Counted from the first letter of the stretch, positions 1 to 9,741 are shown. The stretch is 64,000 nucleotides of DNA from an uncultured Dehalococcoidia bacterium (GCA_958295525.1 OY282355.1:1487504-1551503); one strand, 5' to 3'. Numbers and translations are program-made. Notes: a model not told the origin generated them from the sequence alone.

Positions 1-126
1 CGCGCGGCGCGTCCGCCAATGAGGCCCCGAATTCGCTTCCTGCCGTCCCCCGCCGCGCCCCGCTTCCCAAAGGTTGCGCCGTTGGGCGTATAATCGCCTA
101 ACTAAACCGCGAGGTCGAGGCAGCCG

Positions 127-507
127 ATGTCCGTTCCCGAAGACCGCCGCTACTCCAAAGAGCACGAGTGGGCGCTCGCCGAGCCCGACGGCCTCATCCT
201 CGTCGGCATAACCGACGTCGCCCAGCACGAGTTGGGCGACGTCGTCTACGTCGAACTTCCCGCCATCGGCGAGCGCGTCGCTCAGCACGCCAAGATGGGC
301 GAGATCGAGTCCGTCAAGGCCGTCTCCGAACTCTTCTCTCCCCTCTCCGGCGAGGTGGCCGACGTGAACGCCGATCTGAAGGACAACCCGGAACTCGTCA
401 ATGAGAGCCCTTACGAGAACGGCTGGATCATCCGCGTCAAGCCCGACGACGTTTCCGAACTCGGCGCGCTCTTGGACGCGCCCGCCTACGCCGCTCTCAC
501 GGAATAG
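127..507 (+). CDS. gcvH: glycine cleavage system protein H
   Basis: 126-aa ORF of typical GcvH length. Lipoyl-lysine region GEIESVKAVSELFSPLSGEV. A TATAAT box at 89-94 lies upstream. Directly followed by gcvPA/gcvPB. Confidence 0.93.
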   Translation: MSVPEDRRYSKEHEWALAEPDGLILVGITDVAQHELGDVVYVELPAIGERVAQHAKMGEIESVKAVSELFSPLSGEVADVNADLKDNPELVNESPYENGWIIRVKPDDVSELGALLDAPAYAALTE

Positions 508-515
508 CCCTACCT

Positions 516-1841
516 ATGTCCGGCGCTCCCTTCACCTCGCCCTTCATTCCCAACACCGGCGACGACCGCGCCGCGATGCTCGCCGCCGTAGGCGCGGCTT
601 CCGTCGAGGATCTCTTCGCGGACATCCCTGAGGCGTTCCGCCATCCCGGGCTTGGCCTGCCGGCGCCGACGCCGGAGATGGGTCTCCGCGCCGAGATGGA
701 GGCGCTGGCGCAGCGCAACTTTCACGCGGGCGAGCATCCGATATTCCTCGGCGCGGGGGTCTACCGCCATTTCTGCCCCGCCGTCGTCGCCCCGCTCGTC
801 ACGCGCGGCGAGTTCCTGACGTCCTACACGCCCTATCAGCCGGAGGTTTCGCAGGGGACGCTGCAAGGGACGTTCGAATTCCAGACGCTGACGGCGCAAC
901 TCTTCGGAATGGAGGTCTCCAACGCCGGAATGTACGACGGCGCGACGAGTTTGGCGGAGGCCGTGCTGATGGCGTGCCGCGTCACGAAGCGCGCCCGAGC
1001 CGCCGTGCTCGACACCGTCAACCCCAACTACCTCGCCGTGATCCGCGCCTACGCCCAGCCCCACGGAATCGAGGTCTACGAAACCGATCCGGCGGCGCCT
1101 CAACTTCTCCCTGAGACGGCGTGCCTCGTCTCGCAGTACCCCAACTTTTTCGGCTGCTTCGAGGATTCGCAAGCGTTCGCCGACCTCGCGCACGAGCAGG
1201 GCGCGCTTTGCGTTATGTCGTGCGACCCGACGGCGCTCGCGCTGTTCCGTCCCCCGGGCGACTTCGGCGCGGACATCGCCACGGGCGAGGGGCAGGCGCT
1301 TGGCGTCCCTCCCAGTTTCGGCGGGCCTTACGTCGGCATTTTCACTTGCCGACAGGAGCACGTCCGCCAACTCCCGGGGCGCATCGCCGGACGAACCGTC
1401 GACGCGGAGGGGCGCGTCGGCTACGTGCTCACGCTCCAGCCCCGGGAGCAGCACATCCGGCGGGAGCGCGCCACCTCCAACATCTGCACGAGCACGGCGC
1501 TCGTCGCGCTCTGGGCCGCCGTCTACCTCGCGTTGATGGGCAAGCATGGCCTGCGCCGCGTCGCCGAACTTTGCTGGCAGAAGTCCCATTACGCCGCGTC
1601 CCGCATCGCCGATTTGCCCGGCTACTCGCTCCCGCTGACCGGAACGTTCTTTCAGGAGTTCGTCGTCTCCTGCCCTGCGCCGCCGTCCGAGATCGGCGCC
1701 GCGCTGGAGCGAGCCGGCATCATCGGCGGTCTGGACGTGAGCGACCGTTTCCCCAACGGAATGCTGCTCTGCGTGACCGAAACCAACACGCGCGCCGAGA
1801 TAGACCGTCTCGTGGACGCGCTCGCGGAGGCCGCCCGATGA
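516..1841 (+). CDS. gcvPA: glycine dehydrogenase (aminomethyl-transferring) subunit 1
   Basis: 441-aa ORF. N-terminus FIPNTGDDRAAMLAAVGAASVEDLFADIPE is typical of GcvPA. Its stop overlaps the gcvPB start (ATGA at 1838-1841). Confidence 0.93.
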   Translation: MSGAPFTSPFIPNTGDDRAAMLAAVGAASVEDLFADIPEAFRHPGLGLPAPTPEMGLRAEMEALAQRNFHAGEHPIFLGAGVYRHFCPAVVAPLVTRGEFLTSYTPYQPEVSQGTLQGTFEFQTLTAQLFGMEVSNAGMYDGATSLAEAVLMACRVTKRARAAVLDTVNPNYLAVIRAYAQPHGIEVYETDPAAPQLLPETACLVSQYPNFFGCFEDSQAFADLAHEQGALCVMSCDPTALALFRPPGDFGADIATGEGQALGVPPSFGGPYVGIFTCRQEHVRQLPGRIAGRTVDAEGRVGYVLTLQPREQHIRRERATSNICTSTALVALWAAVYLALMGKHGLRRVAELCWQKSHYAASRIADLPGYSLPLTGTFFQEFVVSCPAPPSEIGAALERAGIIGGLDVSDRFPNGMLLCVTETNTRAEIDRLVDALAEAAR

Positions 1842-3319
1842 CGCCGGACGGCGCGCCTCCCCTGCGCGAGGCGGCCCATAACCGCCGCCGGCTGCTGATG
1901 GAGCGCAGCCGCCCCGGGCGCGAGGGCGTAACGCTTCCCGCGTCCGACGCGCCGCCGCAGCCGATGCCCGACGCCGCCATGCTGCGGGACGGCTTGGAAC
2001 TGCCGGAGGTCACCGAGGGCGAGGTCGTCCGCTACTTCACGCATCTCAGTCAGTTGAACTTCTCCGTGGACACGAACTTCTATCCGCTCGGCAGTTGCAC
2101 GATGAAGTACAACCCGAAGGTGAACGAGGCCGTCGCCGCCCTTCCGGGCTTCGCGCTCGCGCACCCCGCCCAGCCGGAGCGGCAGGTTCAGGGCGCGCTG
2201 GAGGCGCTGTTCCGGCTCCAAACCTTCCTGCAGGAAGTGAGCGGCTTGCCAGCCGTGAGCCTCGCTCCGCTCGCGGGGGCGCAAGGAGAACTCGCCGGGG
2301 TTCTCACGCTCCGGGCCGCGCTCGAAGCCCGGGGGGAAGGCCGGCGCCGCAAGATGCTCATCCCCGACACCGCGCACGGCACGAATCCCGCGTCGGCGGC
2401 GATGGCGGGCTTTCAGGTCGTTCACGTCCCGTCCGACTCCGGCGGCGACATAGACCTCGGGGCCGTGCGCGCCGAGGCGGACGGCGACATCGCGGGCGTG
2501 ATGTTCACGCAGCCCACGACGCTCGGCCTCTTCGACCGCAACGCTCTCGAAATGTGCCGCGTCGTCCATGAGGCGGGCGGGCTGGTCTACGCGGACGGCG
2601 CGAATATGAACGCCCTGCTCGGGCGCGCCAAACTCGGACAGATGGGCTTCGACGTCGTCCATATGAACTTGCACAAGACGTTCAGCACGCCCCACGGCGG
2701 AGGCGGCCCCGGCGCGGGTCCGATCTGCGTGAGCGCCGAACTCGCTCCCTTCCTGCCCGGACCCGTCGCCGTTCGTCGGGACGACGGCTCCTACGGCAGC
2801 GAGACGCCGGCGCGGAGCATCGGGCGCGTCGGCGGCGCGCAAGGCAACTTCGGCGTGCTCATCCGCGCCCTCTCCTACATAACGCTCTTGGGCGCGGACG
2901 GCATGCTGGACGTCAGCGGCAACGCCGTTCTCAACGCGAACTACCTTCTCGCCAAACTCCGCCCGCTCTACGATCTGCCTTTCGACCGTCCGGTGATGCA
3001 CGAGGTCGTCTTCTCCGCCCGCAAGCGGCCTGGGGCGACTGCGCTGGACGTCTCCAAACGCTTGCTCGACCACGGCTTCCATGCCCCCACGATGTACTTT
3101 CCGCTCGTCGTCCCCGAGGCGCTGATGATCGAGCCCACCGAAACGGAGTCGAAAGAGACGCTCGACGCTTTCGTGGAAGCGCTCCATCGCATAGACGCGG
3201 AGGCGGCGGCGGACGAATCGTTCCTGCATGGGGCGCCCTATGACGCGCCCGTCTCACGCCTCGACGAGGCGCGCGCGGCGCGCCGCCCCGAACTGCGCTG
3301 GCGCGAGCCTGAGGCGTAG
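1838..3319 (+). CDS. gcvPB: glycine dehydrogenase (aminomethyl-transferring) subunit 2
   Basis: In-frame ATG at 1838 inside the 1121..3319 ORF. Conserved motifs FYPLGSCTMKYNPK and NLHKTFSTPHGGGGPG (PLP-lysine region). The upstream 239 codons are Arg/Pro-rich out-of-frame overlap with gcvPA. Confidence 0.93.
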   Translation: MTPDGAPPLREAAHNRRRLLMERSRPGREGVTLPASDAPPQPMPDAAMLRDGLELPEVTEGEVVRYFTHLSQLNFSVDTNFYPLGSCTMKYNPKVNEAVAALPGFALAHPAQPERQVQGALEALFRLQTFLQEVSGLPAVSLAPLAGAQGELAGVLTLRAALEARGEGRRRKMLIPDTAHGTNPASAAMAGFQVVHVPSDSGGDIDLGAVRAEADGDIAGVMFTQPTTLGLFDRNALEMCRVVHEAGGLVYADGANMNALLGRAKLGQMGFDVVHMNLHKTFSTPHGGGGPGAGPICVSAELAPFLPGPVAVRRDDGSYGSETPARSIGRVGGAQGNFGVLIRALSYITLLGADGMLDVSGNAVLNANYLLAKLRPLYDLPFDRPVMHEVVFSARKRPGATALDVSKRLLDHGFHAPTMYFPLVVPEALMIEPTETESKETLDAFVEALHRIDAEAAADESFLHGAPYDAPVSRLDEARAARRPELRWREPEA

Positions 3320-3327
3320 GGGATGGG

Positions 3328-3395
3328 ATCGGCGCGCAACGCGCCTTCTGGATTCCCGCCTTCGCGGGAGCGGTGGGCAAGGGGATTCCCGCCTG
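3328..3395. repeat. small cluster of palindromic intergenic repeats (GGCGCGCAACGCGCC hairpin plus two ATTCCCGCC cores)
   Basis: TTCCCGCCTTCGCGGGA at about 3353-3369 and GGATTCCCGCC at 3383-3393. Same family as the large arrays elsewhere in the window. Confidence 0.7.
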
Positions 3396-3559
3396 ATTAC
3401 ACCCCCTCTTGTTTGCGCGAAATCCGTCTTACCCTTCAACAACGAGCGAGAGCGATATGAGGAAAGCAAACGCTGTTGAGCGTTGCGCTGATTGACGATA
3501 ACGCCCGGCGAGTGGTAGCGTCTCCCCTCGGTTTGACAGCATTGAACAGGGAGAGTCTG

Positions 3560-5089
3560 ATGAACCATCGCATAGTGCGGAACATGTCGCTCGCGCTGCT
3601 TGCAGCGCTGCTGGGTCTGCTGGCGGCTGCGTGCAGCGGCGCGGACGGCGCTCGCGGCCCCGCAGGCCCGCAAGGCTCCGCAGGCCCCGTCGGACCGGCC
3701 GGCTCGCAAGGCCCGGCAGGCCCTGTCGGCGCCGCAGGCGAGCGCGGCCCGCAAGGCCCCGTTGGCGCCACGGGCGAGCGCGGCCCGCAAGGCCCCGCAG
3801 GCGCAGGCGGCGAAACGGGCGCGTCGGGACTCCCCGGAACGCCGGGATCCCCCGGACAAGACGGCGGCGCGCGAGCGGTTATGCTCACGCAAAACACGTT
3901 TATGGCCAACCGCCCCGTGACTTCCACCGCGGCCTTCACCGGCTTCGGGGCAGGCGAGGAGATCGGCGTGGCGCTCATATCCGAAGATGGAACGCGACTC
4001 GACCTCGGCTCCGTAACCGCCAACGGCGGCGGCATAGCCTCTCTCGACGTCAGCCTCGACAGGCTCGACGCGGGCGTGTACGCCGTCGCCGGAGGCCCGG
4101 CCGCCGCCGCGCTCGTGATCAACCCCGCCCCTCTTCCACCTGCAAACCCCGCCTCCTGCGACGGCGTCTCGCAGCCGCTCACGTTCGGCTTCTACGCCTT
4201 CTTCAAACCGATGAGTTACAGCGCCAACGAGGAAGACCTCGACTCGCCGGGCTTCCGTGAACACCGCGGCTACGAGGCCGACCTCGTGAGCGCGCTGGCG
4301 GCGATGAACGGCGCGAGGCTCTCCTTCGAGCGCTCCCCCATCGCCGAGTGGGACGGCATCTGGCTGCGCTCCGACGGAGAATTCGACGTCGTGGGCGGCG
4401 GCATCACGATCCTGGCGTCCCGCACGCGCGACGCATCCGGCGCCGTCAAAGTCGCCTTCACCAACGGACACGTCGCCTTCCGCCAGTCGCTCCTCACGCG
4501 GATGGACGACGCGGCCCGCTGGCCGACCCACGCCGACCTCTCGAGCAGCGTTCGCGTCGGCGCGCTCGCCGGCACCACGGGCGAAGCCCGCCTGCTGCAG
4601 TTGACCGGCCTCGCCGACGGCGCGGGGACGCTGGCCGCCGGAACCCGCGTCGCCACGCCCTCAGGCGAAGTCGTCGCCGACGGGACTTCGGCCTACGCGA
4701 TCACTGCGGCCTCGGCGTCGCCCGCGCTAGAGGGCAGAACCGCCCTCACGCCGCCGGACGACGGCAAACCCCAAGTGATTTACCTCGGCGACGAACTGGG
4801 AGAAAACGAACTGCTGGACGCGCTCCGCAACGGCGAGATAGACGCCATCGCGCGCGGCGAGATCGGCAACCAGGACGCGGCGCAGGCGTCCAATCGCGAG
4901 TTCGCGGTGACCGCCCTCGACCCGGCCTCCGAATACGGCGGCTTCACGGTCGCGGCCTCGAGGACGGGCTTGCTCGCCTGCCTGAACGACGCCCTCGACT
5001 GGCTGACCGACAACCGGAGCATCGGCTACGCTGAGTGGCTCGCCAACCCCAATGTCTTTATGGAGCGCGCCCGCCGGTGGGGAAGGTAG
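3560..5089 (+). CDS. lipoprotein with collagen-like G-X-Y tract and a C-terminal region resembling a family-3 solute-binding domain
   Basis: ATG at 3560 preceded by GGGAGAG. Signal/lipobox [10 protein letters not shown]. 24 uninterrupted G-X-Y triplets (about 3647-3862). The C-terminal half ([11 protein letters not shown]...[11 protein letters not shown]...[10 protein letters not shown]) resembles periplasmic amino-acid-binding proteins; this domain call is by eye only. Confidence 0.6.
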   Translation: MNHRIVRNMSLALLAALLGLLAAACSGADGARGPAGPQGSAGPVGPAGSQGPAGPVGAAGERGPQGPVGATGERGPQGPAGAGGETGASGLPGTPGSPGQDGGARAVMLTQNTFMANRPVTSTAAFTGFGAGEEIGVALISEDGTRLDLGSVTANGGGIASLDVSLDRLDAGVYAVAGGPAAAALVINPAPLPPANPASCDGVSQPLTFGFYAFFKPMSYSANEEDLDSPGFREHRGYEADLVSALAAMNGARLSFERSPIAEWDGIWLRSDGEFDVVGGGITILASRTRDASGAVKVAFTNGHVAFRQSLLTRMDDAARWPTHADLSSSVRVGALAGTTGEARLLQLTGLADGAGTLAAGTRVATPSGEVVADGTSAYAITAASASPALEGRTALTPPDDGKPQVIYLGDELGENELLDALRNGEIDAIARGEIGNQDAAQASNREFAVTALDPASEYGGFTVAASRTGLLACLNDALDWLTDNRSIGYAEWLANPNVFMERARRWGR

Positions 5090-5183
5090 GATTCACAGAG
5101 GACGGCTCTAGGTCGGAGTGAAGAGGTCAAGCGAGGCGCAGTCTCCCTCCTCTTCCTCCGATGCCCTGCGCCGCCGCCGTTTT

Positions 5184-5212
5184 TTGACAGGGGCGGGGCG
5201 GGGAGGTATACT
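5184..5212 (+). promoter_or_regulatory. sigma70-like promoter upstream of rpmH (TTGACA-17 nt-TATACT)
   Basis: TTGACA at 5184-5189, a 17-nt spacer, TATACT at 5207-5212, about 45 nt upstream of the rpmH GTG. An imperfect hairpin lies in the leader. Confidence 0.5.
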
Positions 5213-5256
5213 TTGCGCTTGGGCTTTTCGCCCGAAGCGGGAGGGGTCGCGCAGTC

Positions 5257-5394
5257 GTGCCCAAGCGTACTTGGCAACCGAAGAAGCGCCGCCGTCAGCG
5301 GCGGCACGGGTTCATGGCGCGTATGCATACGCCGGGGGGGCGGCGCGTGCTGAGCGCGCGGCGGCTCAAAGGCCGCCGCCGCCTTGCGGCCTAG
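5257..5394 (+). CDS. rpmH: 50S ribosomal protein L34
   Basis: Not in the ORF track (45 aa, GTG start). Translation (V/M)[44 protein letters not shown] is a textbook L34. GGGAGGGG lies upstream. Followed by rnpA. Confidence 0.9.
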   Translation: MPKRTWQPKKRRRQRRHGFMARMHTPGGRRVLSARRLKGRRRLAA

Positions 5395-5430
5395 GGCGCA
5401 GGGGCTTGGCTTTGCGGGATTCGCCGCTCT

Positions 5431-5844
5431 ATGACCGGGCAAGCGACCGGACGGACGGGGCAAGGGCTCGGCCGCGAACGGAGGCTCCGCCGCCGGAAGG
5501 ACTTCGAGGCGCTGCGCGAGCGCGCCGACTCGCGGGCGCATCCGCTGCTGGTGATGCGGACCCGGGCCAACGCGCTTCCGCATTCGCGCTTCGGGTTCAT
5601 CGTGAGCAAGCGGGTCTCCCCGCTCGCCGTAACGCGGAACAAGGTGCGCCGGCGGCTGAAGGAAGCCGTCCGCGCCGTCGCGTTTCAGAAGGGATTGGAC
5701 GTGCTCGTCATCGCGCGCAAGGACTCGCCGAACGTCTCCTACGACGCGCTGCGGAGCACCGTGGCGTCGCTGGCGCGGAGGCTGCGCGCGCTGGACGGGC
5801 AGGAGCGTCCGCCGGAAGCGGAGGCAGGGGGCGGTGATGCGTAA
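5431..5844 (+). CDS. rnpA: ribonuclease P protein component
   Basis: 137-aa basic protein with [26 protein letters not shown] (RNR motif region), in the canonical position after rpmH. Confidence 0.88.
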   Translation: MTGQATGRTGQGLGRERRLRRRKDFEALRERADSRAHPLLVMRTRANALPHSRFGFIVSKRVSPLAVTRNKVRRRLKEAVRAVAFQKGLDVLVIARKDSPNVSYDALRSTVASLARRLRALDGQERPPEAEAGGGDA

Positions 5845-6103
5845 AGCCGCATTGGGGCTGATCACGCTCTATCAGCGGGCGCTCTCCCCCTACTGGCCGG
5901 CGTCGTGCCGCTACACGCCCACGTGCTCCCATTACGCGCGGGAAGCGGTGAGCGCGCACGGAACGGCGCGGGGCGGATGGCTCGCGGCGAAGCGGCTCGT
6001 CCGCTGCGGGCCCTGGGGAGGCTCCGGCTACGACCCCGTTCCGCTCGCGCCCTCGGGCGAGCCTTCCATAGAGCAAGAGAACGCCGGAGCAGGCTTGGCG
6101 TAA
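5834..6103 (+). CDS. yidD: membrane protein insertion efficiency factor YidD
   Basis: [31 protein letters not shown]...[14 protein letters not shown] matches the YidD signature. Overlaps the rnpA end by 11 nt. Confidence 0.9.
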   Translation: MMRKAALGLITLYQRALSPYWPASCRYTPTCSHYAREAVSAHGTARGGWLAAKRLVRCGPWGGSGYDPVPLAPSGEPSIEQENAGAGLA

Positions 6104-6168
6104 GGCCGCCGCTCCGATTTGGCCGAGACGGACTTGCGGCGCGCCGCGCCGGATGCTCCGCAGTAAGG

Positions 6169-7353
6169 ATGCAGAGGTTGAACCGAACTGGCCCTGACGC
6201 CAGCCGGACGGGGCGCGCTCCCGCGCTCGCGGCGCTGGCGCTCGTCATCGCCGCCGCGCTGCTGGCCGGATGCACGCAGAGCAGAAACGCCGCCACGCAG
6301 AGTTGGTCGGGCGTCGCCGTCGCGGGAGAGTCCGTCTTCGTCGGCAACCGCGAGGGGCGCCTCGTCCAACTCTCGGTGGACGGCGGCGTGACGCAACTCG
6401 CCCCGTATCAGGCGCCGCAGCCAAGCCAGGAGCAAGGCTTCCCCGCAATCTACGGCTCGCCCGTGGTGAGCGGCGGGCGCATCTTCGCGGGCACCTACAA
6501 CGGCATCGTCTTCTCGCTCGACGCGGAGAGCCTGGGCGACGCGCGAACCTTCGAGATAGACGGCAACGACTTGGCGAAAGGCATCGCCGGAAGCGTCGCG
6601 GCGGAAGGCGGAGCCATCGCGGTCGCGGCGGCGGAAGACGCGGGCGAGGGCAGGCTCTACGTCCTCGAGGCGGCGAGCCTCGCCGAACGCTGCCGCTACC
6701 CCGCGCGCAACGAGCGCCCCACGGGCCAACTCTGGACGACGCCGGTCATCCGCGAGGGAATCGCCTACTTCGGCGACCTCAGCCACCAACTGCACGCCGT
6801 TTCGCTCTCGAACTGCCGCCCCGTATGGGACGCGCCCGCGAAGTTGGGCGGCGCAATCGTCGCGCCCCCGGTCATCGTCGGCAGGCGGCTTTATATGGGG
6901 GCGTTCGACCGCGAGTTCTACGCGGTGGACGCCGCGACGGGGGCGTCCGAGCGGCTCTTCGAGGCGGGAGGCTGGTTCTGGGGCGCCGCCGCGACGGACG
7001 GCGCGAGGCTGTACGTCCCGAATATGGACGGCAACATCTACGCCTACGACGTCTCCGCAGGGCGCGTCGTTTGGACGTATCCGGGCGGCGAGGAGCGGAA
7101 CGAGCCCGTGCTCGCCGCCCCTGCGGTCGTCGGCGACAGCCTCGTCTACGCCTCGGACTCCGGCGTGCTGTCGGTCTTGGACGCGCGTTCGGGCAATCGC
7201 CTTTGGGACAGGCGCGTGCGGAACGAAGTCCGCGCTCCCCTCACGACGGACGGCTCGCTCGTCTTCCTGCACTCCCTCGACGAGACGATTTCGGCCATCG
7301 ATCTGGACACGAAGCAACTCGTCTGGGAACGCAGCCTGGACGACGTACGGTAG
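6169..7353 (+). CDS. PQQ-like beta-propeller repeat lipoprotein (BamB-like fold)
   Basis: ATG at 6169 with lipobox ALLAGC-T. Repeated ...G.LYA.D..TG...W blades (for example HAVSLSNCRPVWD, FYAVDAATGASERLF, IYAYDVSAGRVVWTY, LSVLDARSGNRLWD). Confidence 0.7.
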   Translation: MQRLNRTGPDASRTGRAPALAALALVIAAALLAGCTQSRNAATQSWSGVAVAGESVFVGNREGRLVQLSVDGGVTQLAPYQAPQPSQEQGFPAIYGSPVVSGGRIFAGTYNGIVFSLDAESLGDARTFEIDGNDLAKGIAGSVAAEGGAIAVAAAEDAGEGRLYVLEAASLAERCRYPARNERPTGQLWTTPVIREGIAYFGDLSHQLHAVSLSNCRPVWDAPAKLGGAIVAPPVIVGRRLYMGAFDREFYAVDAATGASERLFEAGGWFWGAAATDGARLYVPNMDGNIYAYDVSAGRVVWTYPGGEERNEPVLAAPAVVGDSLVYASDSGVLSVLDARSGNRLWDRRVRNEVRAPLTTDGSLVFLHSLDETISAIDLDTKQLVWERSLDDVR

Positions 7354-7371
7354 AAGAGGGGCGGAGCGTCA

Positions 7372-8307
7372 ATGGAATTCCTGTCGCTGCTCTGGAATGA
7401 GGTCATCACCAAGCCGATGACGAACAGCCTGCTCGTGCTGTACGTCGCGCTGGGCGCCAACCTCGGCTTCGCCATCATCGCGTTCACCGTCATCGTGCGC
7501 GGCCTCACCTACCCGCTCGTCGTGCGCCAGTTGCGCCAGACGCGCAAACTGCAGGGGCTTCAGCCGCGCATCAAAGACATCAACGAGAAGCACAAGAACA
7601 ACCCGCAGTTGCGCGGCCAAGAGGTGATGAAACTCTACAAGGAGATGGGCGTGAATCCGGTGGGCTGCCTCGGCCCGCTCGTCATTCAGATGCCTATCTT
7701 CATCGGCCTCTTCTGGGCGATCAACGGCGTGCTGCCTTTCACGCCGGAGAATCTCGCCGGCCTATCGGGCAGGCTCTACAGTTGGTTGCCCTTCCTCGAC
7801 AGCGTCGTGCCCGTCGACCGCGCCTTCCTCGGTATGGACCTCGCGCTGGAGCCGATGCGCGCGGGCAGCATCCTCGGCTACATCCTCGTCGCCCTCTCCG
7901 GCCTCAGTATGTTCGTGCAGCAGAAGATGAGCCAAGTGGCCTCGGCGGATCCGCAACAGCAGAGCACTCAGCGGATGATGCTCTTTATGTTCCCCGTTAT
8001 GTTCGGAATGTTCAGCCTCTTCTTCCCGCTGGGGCTCGTCGTCTACTGGGTGGCGTCCACCCTCATCGGCATCGTGATGCAGTATTTCGTCACCGGATGG
8101 GGAGGCCTGTTCCCCCAGCGAGAGGAAGCGAAGAGCGCGGCCGCGCCGAGACTCGGCCCCACGCTCAGCGCCGCCCCGTCCGGCAAGGAGGAGAGCGATG
8201 GAAGAGGAGAGCCTCGTCCGGTCAGCGAAGACGGTGGAGGAGGCGATCGAACTCGCAACCCTGGAACTCGGCGTCGGCCGCGACGAAATCGAAATCGACG
8301 TCGTTAG
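7372..8307 (+). CDS. yidC: membrane protein insertase YidC (short, monoderm type) with highly basic C-terminal tail
   Basis: GFAIIAFTVIVRGLTYPL..Q......LQPRIKDINEKHKNNPQ....E.MKLYKEMGVNPVGCLGPLVIQMPIFIGLF is the YidC/Oxa1 core. The tail ends ...GTRRRPRRNRNRRR. Confidence 0.85.
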   Translation: MEFLSLLWNEVITKPMTNSLLVLYVALGANLGFAIIAFTVIVRGLTYPLVVRQLRQTRKLQGLQPRIKDINEKHKNNPQLRGQEVMKLYKEMGVNPVGCLGPLVIQMPIFIGLFWAINGVLPFTPENLAGLSGRLYSWLPFLDSVVPVDRAFLGMDLALEPMRAGSILGYILVALSGLSMFVQQKMSQVASADPQQQSTQRMMLFMFPVMFGMFSLFFPLGLVVYWVASTLIGIVMQYFVTGWGGLFPQREEAKSAAAPRLGPTLSAAPSGKEESDGRGEPRPVSEDGGGGDRTRNPGTRRRPRRNRNRRR

Positions 8308-8884
8308 CCCCGGCCGCGCCGGCATCCTGGGCATCGGCGCCGAAGACGCGAAAGTCCGCGTCCGGCGGATCTCCGGCGGCGCCGCAGCCGCTACCGCCAT
8401 GAGCATCGTCGAGCGGTTCCTCGACTGGCTCAACGTGGACGCCGACCCGACCATCCGAAGCGCCGGCGGCGAGGATCCGGACGACTTGCCCGTCATCGAC
8501 ATTCACGGCGAGGACGCGGGGCTGCTGATCGGCCACCGCGGGGAGACGCTCCGCGCCCTCCAGTTCCTCGTCAACATCTCGCTCGGCAGAGGCGAGGGGC
8601 AGACGACCCGCGTCGCGCTGGACGTGGAAGGCTACCGCGAGCGGCGCGCGCGCCAGCTCAGCGCTCTCGCCAACCGCGCGGCGCAGCGCGTCGTCTCCGG
8701 CGGCGGCGCAATCGCGCTCGACCCGATGTCCCCCGCCGACCGCCGCGTGATTCACGCCGCGCTCGCCGACTACGACGGCGTCGAGACGCAGAGCGAGGGG
8801 GAGGGCGCCGGTCGGCGCGTCGTCGTCAGCGCGACCGGGGCCGCGCGGGAGTCGCGCAGAGGGCGCGGCCGCCGCCGCGCCTAG
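8198..8884 (+). CDS. jag: Jag/KhpB RNA-binding protein (Jag_N, KH, R3H domains)
   Basis: N-terminus SAKTVEEAIELATLELGVGRDEIEIDVV (Jag_N), KH-like GHRGETLRALQFLVN, R3H-like PMSPADRRVIHAALADYDGVETQSEGEG. AAGGAGGAG lies upstream of the ATG. Confidence 0.85.
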   Translation: MEEESLVRSAKTVEEAIELATLELGVGRDEIEIDVVSPGRAGILGIGAEDAKVRVRRISGGAAAATAMSIVERFLDWLNVDADPTIRSAGGEDPDDLPVIDIHGEDAGLLIGHRGETLRALQFLVNISLGRGEGQTTRVALDVEGYRERRARQLSALANRAAQRVVSGGGAIALDPMSPADRRVIHAALADYDGVETQSEGEGAGRRVVVSATGAARESRRGRGRRRA

Positions 8885-8891
8885 CCCGCCG

Positions 8892-9722
8892 ATGGCGCGC
8901 GCCGCCCCGCGCCTCGCCGACCGGCGCAGGCTGCTGCTCACGCTGGGCGCCCCCTACGCGCTTCTGCTGCTCGCGTCCCTCGTCGAATGGCCGTGGCGCG
9001 CGCTTGGCGCGCCGGGCGTCGTCGTCGCGCTCACCCCGCCGAGTTTCATTCTCCTCGCCTTCTCCGTCGGCGCCTCCACCTACGCCCTCCGCCGGAAACT
9101 GCCCCTCTCGATGATCACGTGGCTTCCCGCCGGGCAAGGAGCCATCGTGTTGCTCGCCACAGGTTTTTTCGCGGGCGGCGCGCAAGACCAACTTACCGGC
9201 CTCGCGTTTATCATCGCCTACGGCTTCATCTTTCTCATCGTTCTCGCCGTCGCCACCGCGATAGCGTCCAACGGCGCGCCTGTCGCCGTCGCGTTCGTCG
9301 CCTTCTTCGCGCTCACGCAGGCCGCGCGCTTCCCCGTCTTCGGCGCGGACGGCGAGGCGACGGTTCCCTACGCGGGGCTGCTCACGCTCGCCGCTTTCCT
9401 CCGGGCCGGCGTCGAGTTGGCCGTCCTCGCATGGCTCGCCCGCCGTCTCGTCGAGGCCGCGGACTCCTCCGCGATGCCCACCGCGCTCTGGATCGTCGCG
9501 CTCACGCTCGGGCACGGCGCGCTCGCCGGATGGGAAGACCCGGCGCTCCGCGGCGCGCTGACCTTAGGGGAATACGTCGAGCAGATCACTCGCTGGCTGA
9601 TGCTCGCGTGCATCCAACTGGGAATGGCCGCCGTGCTCATTCGCTTCCGGCGGGCGCAATTCCGCGATCAGGAAGCGCAGCCGCGGACTGCGGAGCCGGA
9701 GCGTTCGGAGCCTCCCGCGTAG
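8892..9722 (+). CDS. polytopic membrane protein, function unknown
   Basis: 276-aa ORF with about 7 hydrophobic spans. No recognisable motif. Confidence 0.5.
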   Translation: MARAAPRLADRRRLLLTLGAPYALLLLASLVEWPWRALGAPGVVVALTPPSFILLAFSVGASTYALRRKLPLSMITWLPAGQGAIVLLATGFFAGGAQDQLTGLAFIIAYGFIFLIVLAVATAIASNGAPVAVAFVAFFALTQAARFPVFGADGEATVPYAGLLTLAAFLRAGVELAVLAWLARRLVEAADSSAMPTALWIVALTLGHGALAGWEDPALRGALTLGEYVEQITRWLMLACIQLGMAAVLIRFRRAQFRDQEAQPRTAEPERSEPPA

Positions 9723-9741
9723 AACGCAGCGCTAAGGGCCC

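Noticed and set aside
1-126. Glycine riboswitch upstream of gcvH (and of gcvT, 23463-23569)
   Set aside because: The leaders are short (under 40 nt from the -10 box for gcvH; a spacer of about 105 nt for gcvT). I could not find the conserved glycine-aptamer segments (GGAGAG ... CACCG ... CUCAGGCAA-like). A covariance-model scan would be needed to be certain.
510-1589. Many long antisense or out-of-frame ORFs inside well-supported genes (for example 510..1589 minus, 1652..3229 minus, 6028..7317 minus, 15425..16936 minus, 23600..24472 minus, 30001..31200 minus, 52853..54061 minus)
   Set aside because: This is the expected consequence of high GC content (few stop codons). The compositions are dominated by Arg/Ala/Gly/Pro. 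Each lies opposite or overlapping a gene with clear family signatures.
1121-3319. 732-aa ORF as a single protein
   Set aside because: The first 239 codons are an Arg/Pro-rich alternate frame of gcvPA. The homology-like GcvPB sequence begins at the ATG at 1838, which overlaps the gcvPA stop.
5090-5256. Replication origin or DnaA boxes next to rpmH
   Set aside because: dnaA is not adjacent here (a collagen-like lipoprotein gene precedes rpmH on the same strand). I saw no TTATCCACA-like boxes or AT-rich unwinding element, only a canonical promoter.
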